From a bacterium (lineage in GTDB: Bacteria; Patescibacteriota; Patescibacteriia; Patescibacteriales; GWC2-42-12), in contig JAUSGE010000014.1 of assembly GCA_030649205.1 (NCBI GenBank), positions 28,717 to 92,716 on the forward strand: 64,000 nucleotides of DNA. Direction: 5' to 3'. This document shows, one piece after another, positions 56,154 to 64,000 of this stretch. Made by a program: the position numbers and the translations under genes. Each line of letters opens with the position of its first letter. Position 1 is the first letter of the stretch. A model generated the notes under the pieces. The model was not told where the DNA came from, did not search any database, and saw only the letters and a program-made list of their open reading frames with translations.

Positions 56154-56879
56154 ATGGGGAATGTTTGTCTTATTCCGGCCAGAAGCGGTTCAAAAAGAAT
56201 TCCTAAAAAAAATATTAAATTATTAAACGGCAAGCCTTTAATTGCTTATGCAATCAGTGCCGCCTTAAAATCAAAATTAGTTGACAGGGTTATTGTTTCA
56301 ACCGACAGCGAAGAAATTGCCGAAATCGCTAAACATTATAAGGCAGAGGTGCCTTTTATAAGGCCAGCGGAATTAGCTCAAGATGATACGCCGACATTAC
56401 CCGTTTTACAGCATGCAGTAACATATTTAGAAAAAAATGAAAAGTATAAAGCGGATTTAATAATTGTGCTTCAACCAACCGCTCCCTTGGCGCTAGCCGA
56501 AGATATAGATGATGCGATAACAAAAATAACACAGATGAAAACAAATTCCTGCGTCAGTACATGTGAAATCAGCGAAAGGCCGGAATGGATGTATGTTTTT
56601 AATAATGACGAATTAAAACCGTTTCTAGACAAAATACCTCAAGAAAAACGTTTTCGGCGCAGTCAAACTTTGTCTAAAATTTTCAGATTAAATGGTGCGG
56701 TGTGCGTTGTCAGGGGAAATACCTTAATGAAACATAATAAAATAATAGACGAAAATAGTTTATCGGCGATAATTATGCCGCAGGAACGCTCCGTTGACAT
56801 AGATAAATTAATAGACTTTAAGTTAGCGGAATTCTTGTTAAAAGAATTTTATGGAAAGAACAATCAAAATAGAAAATAA
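56154..56879 (+). CDS. neuA: CMP-nonulosonic acid synthetase (NeuA/PseF/LegF family)
   Basis: IPARSGSKRIPKKN, VSTDS, RPAELA.D, LQPT.P, NGA, SVDID...DF. Confidence 0.9.
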   Translation: MGNVCLIPARSGSKRIPKKNIKLLNGKPLIAYAISAALKSKLVDRVIVSTDSEEIAEIAKHYKAEVPFIRPAELAQDDTPTLPVLQHAVTYLEKNEKYKADLIIVLQPTAPLALAEDIDDAITKITQMKTNSCVSTCEISERPEWMYVFNNDELKPFLDKIPQEKRFRRSQTLSKIFRLNGAVCVVRGNTLMKHNKIIDENSLSAIIMPQERSVDIDKLIDFKLAEFLLKEFYGKNNQNRK

Positions 56880-57963
56880 GTTATCCGGCCTTGAGCAACC
56901 GGTATTTATTATTGCCGAAGCCGGGGTTAATCATAATGGCCGTTTAGCTTTGGCGCTTAAACTGGTTGACGTGGCCGCTGACGCCGGAGCTGATGCCGTA
57001 AAATTTCAAACTTTTCGCGCGGAACAAGTTACCATAGCTTCTGGAAAAATGGCGGAGTATCAGAAAAGAAATCTCGGTAAAACAGAAAGTCAACTAGCGA
57101 TGCTTAAGAGACTGGAATTAAAAGAAAAATATTACCCAGCGCTTATTAAAAGAGCCAAGGAGCGAAAAATTATTTTTCTTTCATCGCCACACGGCGGTTT
57201 TGAATCAGTTGATTTTTTAAAGAAACTGAAAATTTCGGCATTTAAATTCGGTTCAGGGGATTTAACTAATTTGCCATTATTGGGATATGCGGCCAAATTT
57301 AAAAAACCAATGATCATTAGTACCGGTATGGGTAATTTACAGGAGATAAAAGAGGCGGTAGCGGCTATTAAAAAGGCCGGTAATAATAAGATTGCGATTT
57401 TACATTGTACCACAAATTATCCAACCGCCTTGAATAAGGTTAATTTATTGGCGATGAAAACAATAGAAAAAGAGTTTGGTTTGCCGGTAGGTTATTCCGA
57501 TCATACTATAGGCATAAAAGTTTCCGTAGCGGCTGTGGCTTTAGGCGCGCGGATCATTGAAAAACATTTTACTTTAGATAAAACTCTTACGGGGCCAGAC
57601 CACAAAGCTTCTTTGGATCCAGCAGAGTTAAAAGAATTAATTAAACAGATAAGAATAACGGAAAAAAGATTAGCCAGCGGCGAAAACTCAAAAAATTTAA
57701 TAAAAGAATTGAATGTTCAAAAAGCGCTGGGCGACGGCATTAAAAAACCAGTTTCCAGTGAATTAATAGCGGCGAAAATTGGCAGGAAAAGCCTAGTGGC
57801 GAGGTTCAATATTCCTAAAGAAACTAAAATTACCGGCGAAATGTTAGATATAAAAAGGCCGGGAACCGGGATTGAGCCTAAATATTTTAAAATGGTTATT
57901 GGTAAAATAGCCAGCAAAGATATAGCCAGAGATGCTTTAATTACATTTAAAGATTTAAAATGA
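56851..57963 (+). CDS. neuB: Nonulosonic acid synthase (NeuB/LegI/PseI family)
   Basis: IIAEAGVNHNG, AVKFQ, STGM, LHCTTNYP, GYSDHT, IEKHFT, GPDH..SL, SAF domain KRPGTGI. Confidence 0.93.
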   Translation: MERTIKIENKLSGLEQPVFIIAEAGVNHNGRLALALKLVDVAADAGADAVKFQTFRAEQVTIASGKMAEYQKRNLGKTESQLAMLKRLELKEKYYPALIKRAKERKIIFLSSPHGGFESVDFLKKLKISAFKFGSGDLTNLPLLGYAAKFKKPMIISTGMGNLQEIKEAVAAIKKAGNNKIAILHCTTNYPTALNKVNLLAMKTIEKEFGLPVGYSDHTIGIKVSVAAVALGARIIEKHFTLDKTLTGPDHKASLDPAELKELIKQIRITEKRLASGENSKNLIKELNVQKALGDGIKKPVSSELIAAKIGRKSLVARFNIPKETKITGEMLDIKRPGTGIEPKYFKMVIGKIASKDIARDALITFKDLK

Positions 57964-58928
57964 AAATTAAAGATGAAAAAATGAAATATATAAAAGAGAA
58001 AGTTTTAGTGACTGGCGCCGCCGGTTTCGTCGGCTCCCATCTTTGCGAGGCATTAATTAACGACGGATATGAAGTTATCGCGTTAGTCCATAATAAAAAA
58101 GAAATTGGCCGGCTGAAGAATGTCCAGAGATTAAGAGCAATCAAAGGAGATATAGAAAATTTTATTGAAATTTTTAAAATTTTAAAAAAGAATAAGCCAT
58201 CAGGTGTATTTCATCTAGCCGCCATTCAACCATCCAAGCTAAATAATGATCCAGCTGCTTTTTTTGAAGCAAATGTCGGAGGAACTTTTAATATTTTGGA
58301 TGCCAGCCGTCGTCTAAATATTAAGAAAATAATTTACAGTTCCTCAATGAGTGTTTACGGGAGCGTTTATGAAAGAAAAATAAATAATCTTCCGGTAGGA
58401 GAGGATTGCCCGACAGATCCTTATGACTTTTATAGTTTAACCAAGCTAATGGGCGAGGAATTTTGCCGATTTTATGCCAGACAATTTAATTTAAATATTA
58501 TTGTTTTAAGATATTCGGGTATTTTTGGCCCAAGAAAAAAGGGCGGGGCAGTAACCGGTTTTATTAAAAATGCTTTTGCTGGCCAGCCTATAAAAATTTT
58601 AAATAATATAAATTGGGACATTATTCATGTTAAAGACGTTGTAAAGGCTAATATGGCAGCTTTTAAAAAATCGGCTCAAATGCGATTTGAAATAATAAAC
58701 ATCGGAAGCGGCCAAGAGATAAATATAAAAGAGTTGGCTAAAAGTATTTTAGAAATTAGCGGGTCAAAGTCAAAAATTGAATTGGATAAAAATTTATTTT
58801 TATCAAAACCATTGCGTTTTTATTATAATATTACCAAAGCTAAAAAATTGTTGAAATTCAAGCCGATGTCGGCGAAACAAGGCGTGCGGCAATATATTAA
58901 GGAAATTAATAATAATTTTAAAAAATGA
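57960..58928 (+). CDS. NAD-dependent epimerase/dehydratase
   Basis: TGAAGFVG, HLAA, SSSMSVYG, YSLTK. Confidence 0.85.
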   Translation: MKIKDEKMKYIKEKVLVTGAAGFVGSHLCEALINDGYEVIALVHNKKEIGRLKNVQRLRAIKGDIENFIEIFKILKKNKPSGVFHLAAIQPSKLNNDPAAFFEANVGGTFNILDASRRLNIKKIIYSSSMSVYGSVYERKINNLPVGEDCPTDPYDFYSLTKLMGEEFCRFYARQFNLNIIVLRYSGIFGPRKKGGAVTGFIKNAFAGQPIKILNNINWDIIHVKDVVKANMAAFKKSAQMRFEIINIGSGQEINIKELAKSILEISGSKSKIELDKNLFLSKPLRFYYNITKAKKLLKFKPMSAKQGVRQYIKEINNNFKK

Positions 58929-59623
58929 TTTTATCCGGGCATCAGCCAGAGTATCTGCCTTATCTTGGGTTTATTCATAAGATCGCCAAAGCCGGCCAAT
59001 TTATTTTAGTCGACCATGTTCAATATCTTGAAAAAAGTTTTCAAAACAGCAATAGAATCAGAACGGCTCCGGGTCAGGAGGGCTTTACCTGGCTGATAGT
59101 GCCGGTTAAGAGCCATGGCAGAAGATATCAGAAAATAAATGAAGTGGAAATAGATAACTCCGTCGCTTGGGGGAAAAAGCATTGGAAAACTATTTATTTA
59201 AATTATAAGAAAGCCCCCTTTTTTGATAATTACCAAGAATTTTTTGAAAAATTATATTTAAAAAAATGGGACAAGCTAGTTGATTTAAATGAAACAATCA
59301 TTTATTATTTAGTGGAAAAGCTGGGCGTTAAAACGCCGATTGTCAGAAGCTCCGATTATGATTTTAAAGAGAAAAAAAATGATTTGCTGATAGAAATGTG
59401 TAAAAAATTAAAAGCTGGCGCCTATTTGTCCGGCCAGGGAGCAAAATGCTACGTTGATGAAGAAAAGTTTAAAAAAAATGGTTTAAATCATATATTTTCC
59501 GATTTTAAACATCCGACTTATCTCCAAAGATTTAAGCCTTTTGCAGCCAATCTTTCCGTGATTGATTTATTATTCAATTGCGGCCCGGAAAGTTTAAATA
59601 TAATTCTAAATAATAAACACTAA
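58925..59623 (+). CDS. wbqC: WbqC family protein (putative aminoacyl/glycyl transferase)
   Basis: HQP.YLPY.G, D.VQY, NRI, NY.KAPFF, YLSG.G, NLSVIDLLFN.G. Confidence 0.88.
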   Translation: MILSGHQPEYLPYLGFIHKIAKAGQFILVDHVQYLEKSFQNSNRIRTAPGQEGFTWLIVPVKSHGRRYQKINEVEIDNSVAWGKKHWKTIYLNYKKAPFFDNYQEFFEKLYLKKWDKLVDLNETIIYYLVEKLGVKTPIVRSSDYDFKEKKNDLLIEMCKKLKAGAYLSGQGAKCYVDEEKFKKNGLNHIFSDFKHPTYLQRFKPFAANLSVIDLLFNCGPESLNIILNNKH

Positions 59624-59624
59624 T

Positions 59625-60725
59625 ATGATTCCTTTAGCTAGGCCGACTTTACCAAAGTTTAGTTCCATTGAAAAAAAATTAAAGGGAATTTTTAAAAGCG
59701 GCATGCTCACTGACTCAAAGTATGTTGGTGAATTTGAACAGAGATGCGCTGATTTTTTAGGGGTGGAAAATGTCGCGGCCGTGTCTAGCGGAACGGCGGC
59801 GCTAACTTTAATATTAAAATGTCTGAAGTTAAAAGGCGAAGTTATTCTGCCGAGTTTTACTTTTACTTCCGGAGTTAATGCTTTATTTTGGTGTGGTTTG
59901 ACCCCGGTTTTCGCGGATATTAACCCTAAAACTTTTAATATTGATCCGGCCTCAATTCAAAAAAAAATAACTAAAAAAACCGCGGCTATTTTGGCGACGC
60001 ATGTTTTTGGCAATCCATGCGAGATAGAAAAAATTGAGAAAATCGCTAAAAAAAATAATTTAAAAGTTATTTATGACGCCGCCCATGCTTTCGGGTCAAC
60101 CTACAAAGGGAAATCGGTATTTTGTTTTGGCGACGCTTCTATTGTTAGCTTTACTCCAACTAAAGTAATTACTACGGCCGAGGGCGGATTAGCGGTGGTA
60201 AAAGATAAAAATTTTTCCAGAATTTTAAAATTAGGCAGGAATAATGGCGACAGTTTCAACAGGGCGGAAGAGTTTTTGGGAATTACCGCCAGAATGAACG
60301 AATTTAGCGCTATTTTAGGAATTGAAGGATTGAAAATATTTAATATAAATTTAAAAAGAAGGCTAAGAATAATAAATTTATATAAAAAAGAATTGGCCCA
60401 GGTTAACGGCGTATCTTTACAAAAACTAGAGCATGATTCCTTCTCGGTATATAAAGATTTTACTATTTTGGTGGATGAAAAAAAATTCGGCATGTCCAGA
60501 GATGATTTATTACAGAAGTTATTAAAGGATAAAATTCAGACCAAAACATATTTTTATCCCCCGCTTCACCAAAAGATAACCTGTTCAAAATTGCGTAAAT
60601 CACTTTTGCCAGAGACTGAGAACATCAGTTCGCGCATTATGAGTCTGCCGCTTTATTCCCATATGCCGGAAAAATACGTTCAGCAAGTTTGCACGTTGAT
60701 TAAAAAATCTTATGTCAAAAAATAA
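59625..60725 (+). CDS. DegT/DnrJ family sugar aminotransferase
   Basis: SSGTAAL, HVFGNP, YDAAHAFG, SFTPTKVITTAEGG, RMNEFSA. Confidence 0.9.
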   Translation: MIPLARPTLPKFSSIEKKLKGIFKSGMLTDSKYVGEFEQRCADFLGVENVAAVSSGTAALTLILKCLKLKGEVILPSFTFTSGVNALFWCGLTPVFADINPKTFNIDPASIQKKITKKTAAILATHVFGNPCEIEKIEKIAKKNNLKVIYDAAHAFGSTYKGKSVFCFGDASIVSFTPTKVITTAEGGLAVVKDKNFSRILKLGRNNGDSFNRAEEFLGITARMNEFSAILGIEGLKIFNINLKRRLRIINLYKKELAQVNGVSLQKLEHDSFSVYKDFTILVDEKKFGMSRDDLLQKLLKDKIQTKTYFYPPLHQKITCSKLRKSLLPETENISSRIMSLPLYSHMPEKYVQQVCTLIKKSYVKK

Positions 60726-61890
60726 ACCAAAAAAAATAATGAAAGTAGCGGTTGTAACCGGCACCAGGGCGGAATACGGAATTTTAAAGCCATTATTAAA
60801 AAAAATTAAAAATTTTTCTGGTTTTAAATTAGAGTTAATGATTACGGGTATACATTTATTAAAGCGATATGGTCTGACGATCGGAGAAATTAAAAAAGAT
60901 GGTTTTAAAACGGATGAGAGAGTTGTTATGTATGAAAAAAACGAGGAAGCAAGTTGTTACTACGGAGAGGCATTGGGAAAGGGAATAAAAAATTTTACGA
61001 AGATGTTTTTAAAAATTAAGCCCGATCTTTTAATAGTGCTCGGCGATCGACTGGAGCCTTTGGCTGCGACCCTGTCTGCGGCGAATTTAATAATTCCCAT
61101 CATCCATATTCATGGCGGAGAAAAAACCAACAGCGGCTGTATTGATGAAAGTATCAGGCACGCCATCACCAGATTTGCTCATATTCATCTGGTATCAACA
61201 GAACAGAGTAAACAAAGGCTCATAAAAATGGGCGAAGAGCCGTGGCGGATATTCAGGGTGGGCGCGCTGGGACAAGAAAGCTTTTTGAATTCCCCTAAGA
61301 TAAAGAGGGAGGTTCTTTTTGGTAAATTTCGGCTGGACAGCAAGCAGAAGCTTATTCTTTGCCTGTTTAATCCGGTTATTTTTGAAGCGGATAAAATGGG
61401 AAGGCATATGCGGGAAATATTGAAAGCGCTTGAAGAGTTAAAAATTCAAAGCATTATTATTTATCCGAACAACGACATTGGCGGCAAGGATATCATAAAA
61501 GAAATAGATAAGCACAAGAATTCGCCGTTTATAAAAATTTACCCCAACCTGAACCATGAAGATTATGTTAGTTTATTAAAACAGGCCAATGTTTTAATAG
61601 GAAATTCCAGTTCCGGCATCATTGAGGCGCCATCTATTAAATTACCAGTGGTGAATATCGGTTTAAGAAATACCGGGCGGGAGCACGCGGAGAATATTAT
61701 ATTCGCGGATCCGGCTAAAAATGATATTATAGAGGCGATTAAAAAAACGCTTTATGACAAAAAATTCAGGAAAAAATTGAAGACATGCAAAAATCCTTAC
61801 GGAGATACAAAAACAGTTGAAAAAATTATTAATATTTTAAATAAAATAAAAATTAATAAAAAGCTGCTTACCAAGTATCTTACTTATTGA
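60712..61890 (+). CDS. neuC: Hydrolysing NDP-N-acetylglucosamine 2-epimerase (NeuC/LegG family)
   Basis: TGTRAEYG, LGDRLE, HIHGGE, DESIRHAIT, MGEE, YPNND, GNSSSGIIEAP, NPYGD. Confidence 0.92.
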   Translation: MSKNKPKKIMKVAVVTGTRAEYGILKPLLKKIKNFSGFKLELMITGIHLLKRYGLTIGEIKKDGFKTDERVVMYEKNEEASCYYGEALGKGIKNFTKMFLKIKPDLLIVLGDRLEPLAATLSAANLIIPIIHIHGGEKTNSGCIDESIRHAITRFAHIHLVSTEQSKQRLIKMGEEPWRIFRVGALGQESFLNSPKIKREVLFGKFRLDSKQKLILCLFNPVIFEADKMGRHMREILKALEELKIQSIIIYPNNDIGGKDIIKEIDKHKNSPFIKIYPNLNHEDYVSLLKQANVLIGNSSSGIIEAPSIKLPVVNIGLRNTGREHAENIIFADPAKNDIIEAIKKTLYDKKFRKKLKTCKNPYGDTKTVEKIINILNKIKINKKLLTKYLTY

Positions 61891-63326
61891 TAAATTTTAT
61901 GAATGATTGTATACTAGCTTATCCAATTCCGACGGCTGATAGTCCGGTTAAAGGTTCGGCTCTTTCTATTTTTTATCCGGGAGCTATGCTGGAACAAAAC
62001 GGCCTTAAGGTTGAGTATTTCGACGAACGATTTGACAAGTTTGATGACCTTCTGTTTTTATTAAAGGAAAATCCGGTTTGCGTCGGCGTGTCTTCAATGA
62101 CTGGTTATCAATTGATTAGAAGCAAGCGAATATTGGAAACGGTGAAGAAAGTAAATCCGAACATTTATACGATCTTCGGCGGCGCCCATCCTTCATTGCT
62201 TCCCGCGCAGTGCATTAAAGAAGATTTTGTGGATTTTGTGGTTGTTGGAGAAGGCGAAAAAACACTGCTGGAATTGGTAATGGCTTTAAAGAACGGAGGC
62301 AATTTAAGCAAAGTGGACGGTATTTTTTGGAAAAACAAAGGAAAAATTATCGCTAATAAGCATAGAGAGTTCATGGATCCCACGGAGTGGCCGTTCCCCC
62401 TGACCCCAAAAAATAGAAAATATTTTAAGATCGCCGCTAACAGGGGGGAGCTGATGTTCCCGGCAAGTCGAGGTTGTCCGTATAATTGCAATTTTTGTTA
62501 TAATCAAACATTTAACCGCCGCAGTTGGCGGCCGATGCCGCTTGATAAATTTGAAAAAGAGTTGGGGATTTTTTTGCGGGAATTCAAAATTAAAAACGCG
62601 TATATAAACGACGACAATATTGGTTCAAATAAGGCCAGAATAAAGAAAATAGCCGAAATTATAAAAAGATTCGGAATCACCTGGAGCACGAGTATAAGAT
62701 GCAGCGATATGGACGAAGAAACCGCGAGAGTGTTTGAGGAAAGCGGCTGCCACGAGCTGCTCCTGGGCGTTGAATCCGGCTCGGACAGAGTTCTTAACGA
62801 AGTGGTCAACAAAATGTATCCTAAAGGCAGTGAAGATATCCGCAACTGCGCCAGAATTTTAAGTAAGACAAAGATCCGCGGGAGATATAACTTTATAGCA
62901 GGCCTGCCCAGCGAAACAGCGGAAGAAACACATAAAAGCATGGATTTAGCCGATTGGATCTGGCGAACCGATCAGAACGCTAAAATTGCTTTTGCCGCCT
63001 TTTCTCCTTACCCCGGCAGCAAACTTTATCAAGAAGCGCTGAAAGCCGGTTTTAAAGAGCCCCAGGATTTTTCAGGTTGGAGCAAAATGTCCTTAAGCAA
63101 TGAAGTCAATCCCATAGCCAGTAATCTTTATTATATAGCTGGATTGAAATTCAGGGAGAAAAAAGGGGATTCAACCAATAGAAATTTTTCCGGGTTGAAA
63201 AGATTGATAATTTATCCTTTTGAAATTTCAGCGCGGCTTCGCTGGAAATACAGATTTTTAAAATATTACGAATTAGAAAAATTCATAATAAAGATGTTGT
63301 TTATTTGGGCTAGTAAAAGAACTTGA
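61887..63326 (+). CDS. Cobalamin-binding radical SAM protein #8
   Basis: GGAHPS, GEGE, SRGCPYNCNFC, DDN, GVESGS, PYPGS. Confidence 0.9.
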   Translation: MINFMNDCILAYPIPTADSPVKGSALSIFYPGAMLEQNGLKVEYFDERFDKFDDLLFLLKENPVCVGVSSMTGYQLIRSKRILETVKKVNPNIYTIFGGAHPSLLPAQCIKEDFVDFVVVGEGEKTLLELVMALKNGGNLSKVDGIFWKNKGKIIANKHREFMDPTEWPFPLTPKNRKYFKIAANRGELMFPASRGCPYNCNFCYNQTFNRRSWRPMPLDKFEKELGIFLREFKIKNAYINDDNIGSNKARIKKIAEIIKRFGITWSTSIRCSDMDEETARVFEESGCHELLLGVESGSDRVLNEVVNKMYPKGSEDIRNCARILSKTKIRGRYNFIAGLPSETAEETHKSMDLADWIWRTDQNAKIAFAAFSPYPGSKLYQEALKAGFKEPQDFSGWSKMSLSNEVNPIASNLYYIAGLKFREKKGDSTNRNFSGLKRLIIYPFEISARLRWKYRFLKYYELEKFIIKMLFIWASKRT

Positions 63327-63362
63327 TCAAAAGCACATAATTTTAAATTAATTTATTATGGT

Positions 63363-63458
63363 TATAAAAATTAGTATGGAAGTTTGAAAATTGGCGAAAA
63401 AATTGTTAGAATATTAAATAGAGTAAAAATAGATAAAAAATTATTACAAAAAAGATAA
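63363..63458 (+). pseudogene. Decayed 3' fragment of a second neuC-like gene
   Basis: Translates YKN*YGSLKIGEKIVRILNRVKIDKKLLQKR*, aligning without gaps to the NeuC C-terminus CKNPYGDTKTVEKIINILNKIKINKKLLTKY. Confidence 0.65.
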
Positions 63459-63476
63459 TTTATTATAATAAAATTT

Positions 63477-64000
63477 ATGAAAAAAGAGTTTAAAGGCATT
63501 TCTTTAAGAAAACATGAGTTGGAAGAATTTATGGGAAATTTTAAGGACATGCCGGATAGGTTATTAAAATATTGTGAAATATTATTAGAGGGCAAGGACG
63601 CCTCTCCTTATTGTTTCCAAGATACTATGTCATTTAGACATATAGGCGTTGGTCTTACTTCCAAATGCAACAAGCACTGTGTTTGGTGCTATCGGTTTGA
63701 TCCGATGTATAAAAATGTTTTAAATAAAGAACTTCCTTTTGAAAAATTGGAAAAAATAGTTAATAACACTAAAGGAAAATTCAGGATGGTAAAATTGGGC
63801 GGGCTAGGAGAGCCGATTCTTTATCCTCGTCTTTTGGATGCGATTGCATTAGTGAGAAAATTGTCGGATAGAGTTAGAATTACCAGTAACGCCAGTTTAT
63901 TGAACAAAAATTTAATTAATAAAATGATTGAGAGCGGATTAACTGATATAGAAGTCAGTATTCTCACATTTGACGAAAAAGAAGAGATGAAATTAAGAGG
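63477..64000 (+). CDS. Radical SAM protein without B12 domain (MoaA/SPASM-twitch-like), 3'-truncated by window edge, absent from ORF track
   Basis: Manual translation MKKEFKG...LTSKCNKHCVWCY...GGLGEPILYP...ITSNASLL. Frame is open to the window end. Confidence 0.8.
   Translation, partial: MKKEFKGISLRKHELEEFMGNFKDMPDRLLKYCEILLEGKDASPYCFQDTMSFRHIGVGLTSKCNKHCVWCYRFDPMYKNVLNKELPFEKLEKIVNNTKGKFRMVKLGGLGEPILYPRLLDAIALVRKLSDRVRITSNASLLNKNLINKMIESGLTDIEVSILTFDEKEEMKLR

Noticed and set aside
791-63595. Numerous 60-150 aa antisense or alternate-frame ORFs (e.g. 4204-4551, 5283-5672, 46797-47249, 62504-62941, 63371-63595)
   Set aside because: They overlap well-supported genes and have no recognisable motifs, so they are shadow ORFs.
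1-64000. A7-A9/T7-T9 homopolymers and frequent GCCGGC/CGCG words
   Set aside because: Explained by AT-rich Lys/Phe codons and GCC/GGC codon preference. No frameshifted genes were seen at these tracts.

Overview
The window lies almost entirely within one very large cell-surface glycan / glycosylation gene cluster that runs off both edges. Genes are tightly packed, mostly on the + strand, with few Shine-Dalgarno sites, which looks like a Patescibacteria/CPR-type genome (inference only). Sugar-nucleotide enzymes include three UDP-glucose dehydrogenase-like domains, GalE-like, UDP-GlcA 4-epimerase, UDP-xylose synthase, Gmd, a perosamine-synthase-like enzyme, FdtA/FdtB, a sugar C3-methyltransferase and a NeuA/NeuB/NeuC nonulosonic acid block with WbqC. 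Transfer and export genes include 8 GT4 domains, 3 polyprenyl-phosphate GT2s, a GtrA flippase domain, about 4 GT-C-like membrane proteins, an O-antigen-ligase/TPR protein, a KpsS-like transferase and an ABC flippase. The standout feature is eight cobalamin-binding (class B) radical SAM genes interleaved with these genes, plus a ninth non-B12 radical SAM at the right edge. Other features are an intact IS1202/ISNCY-type IS with a 14-bp target duplication, several non-coding palindromic or MITE-like elements, heptamer arrays and a 30-nt twin hairpin inserted in frame in GT4 genes, a small Xis/BldC-like regulator with a 10-bp-periodic candidate operator, and a decayed neuC 3' fragment. No rRNA, tRNA or CRISPR array was seen. 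All protein calls come from motif recognition by eye, not database searches.
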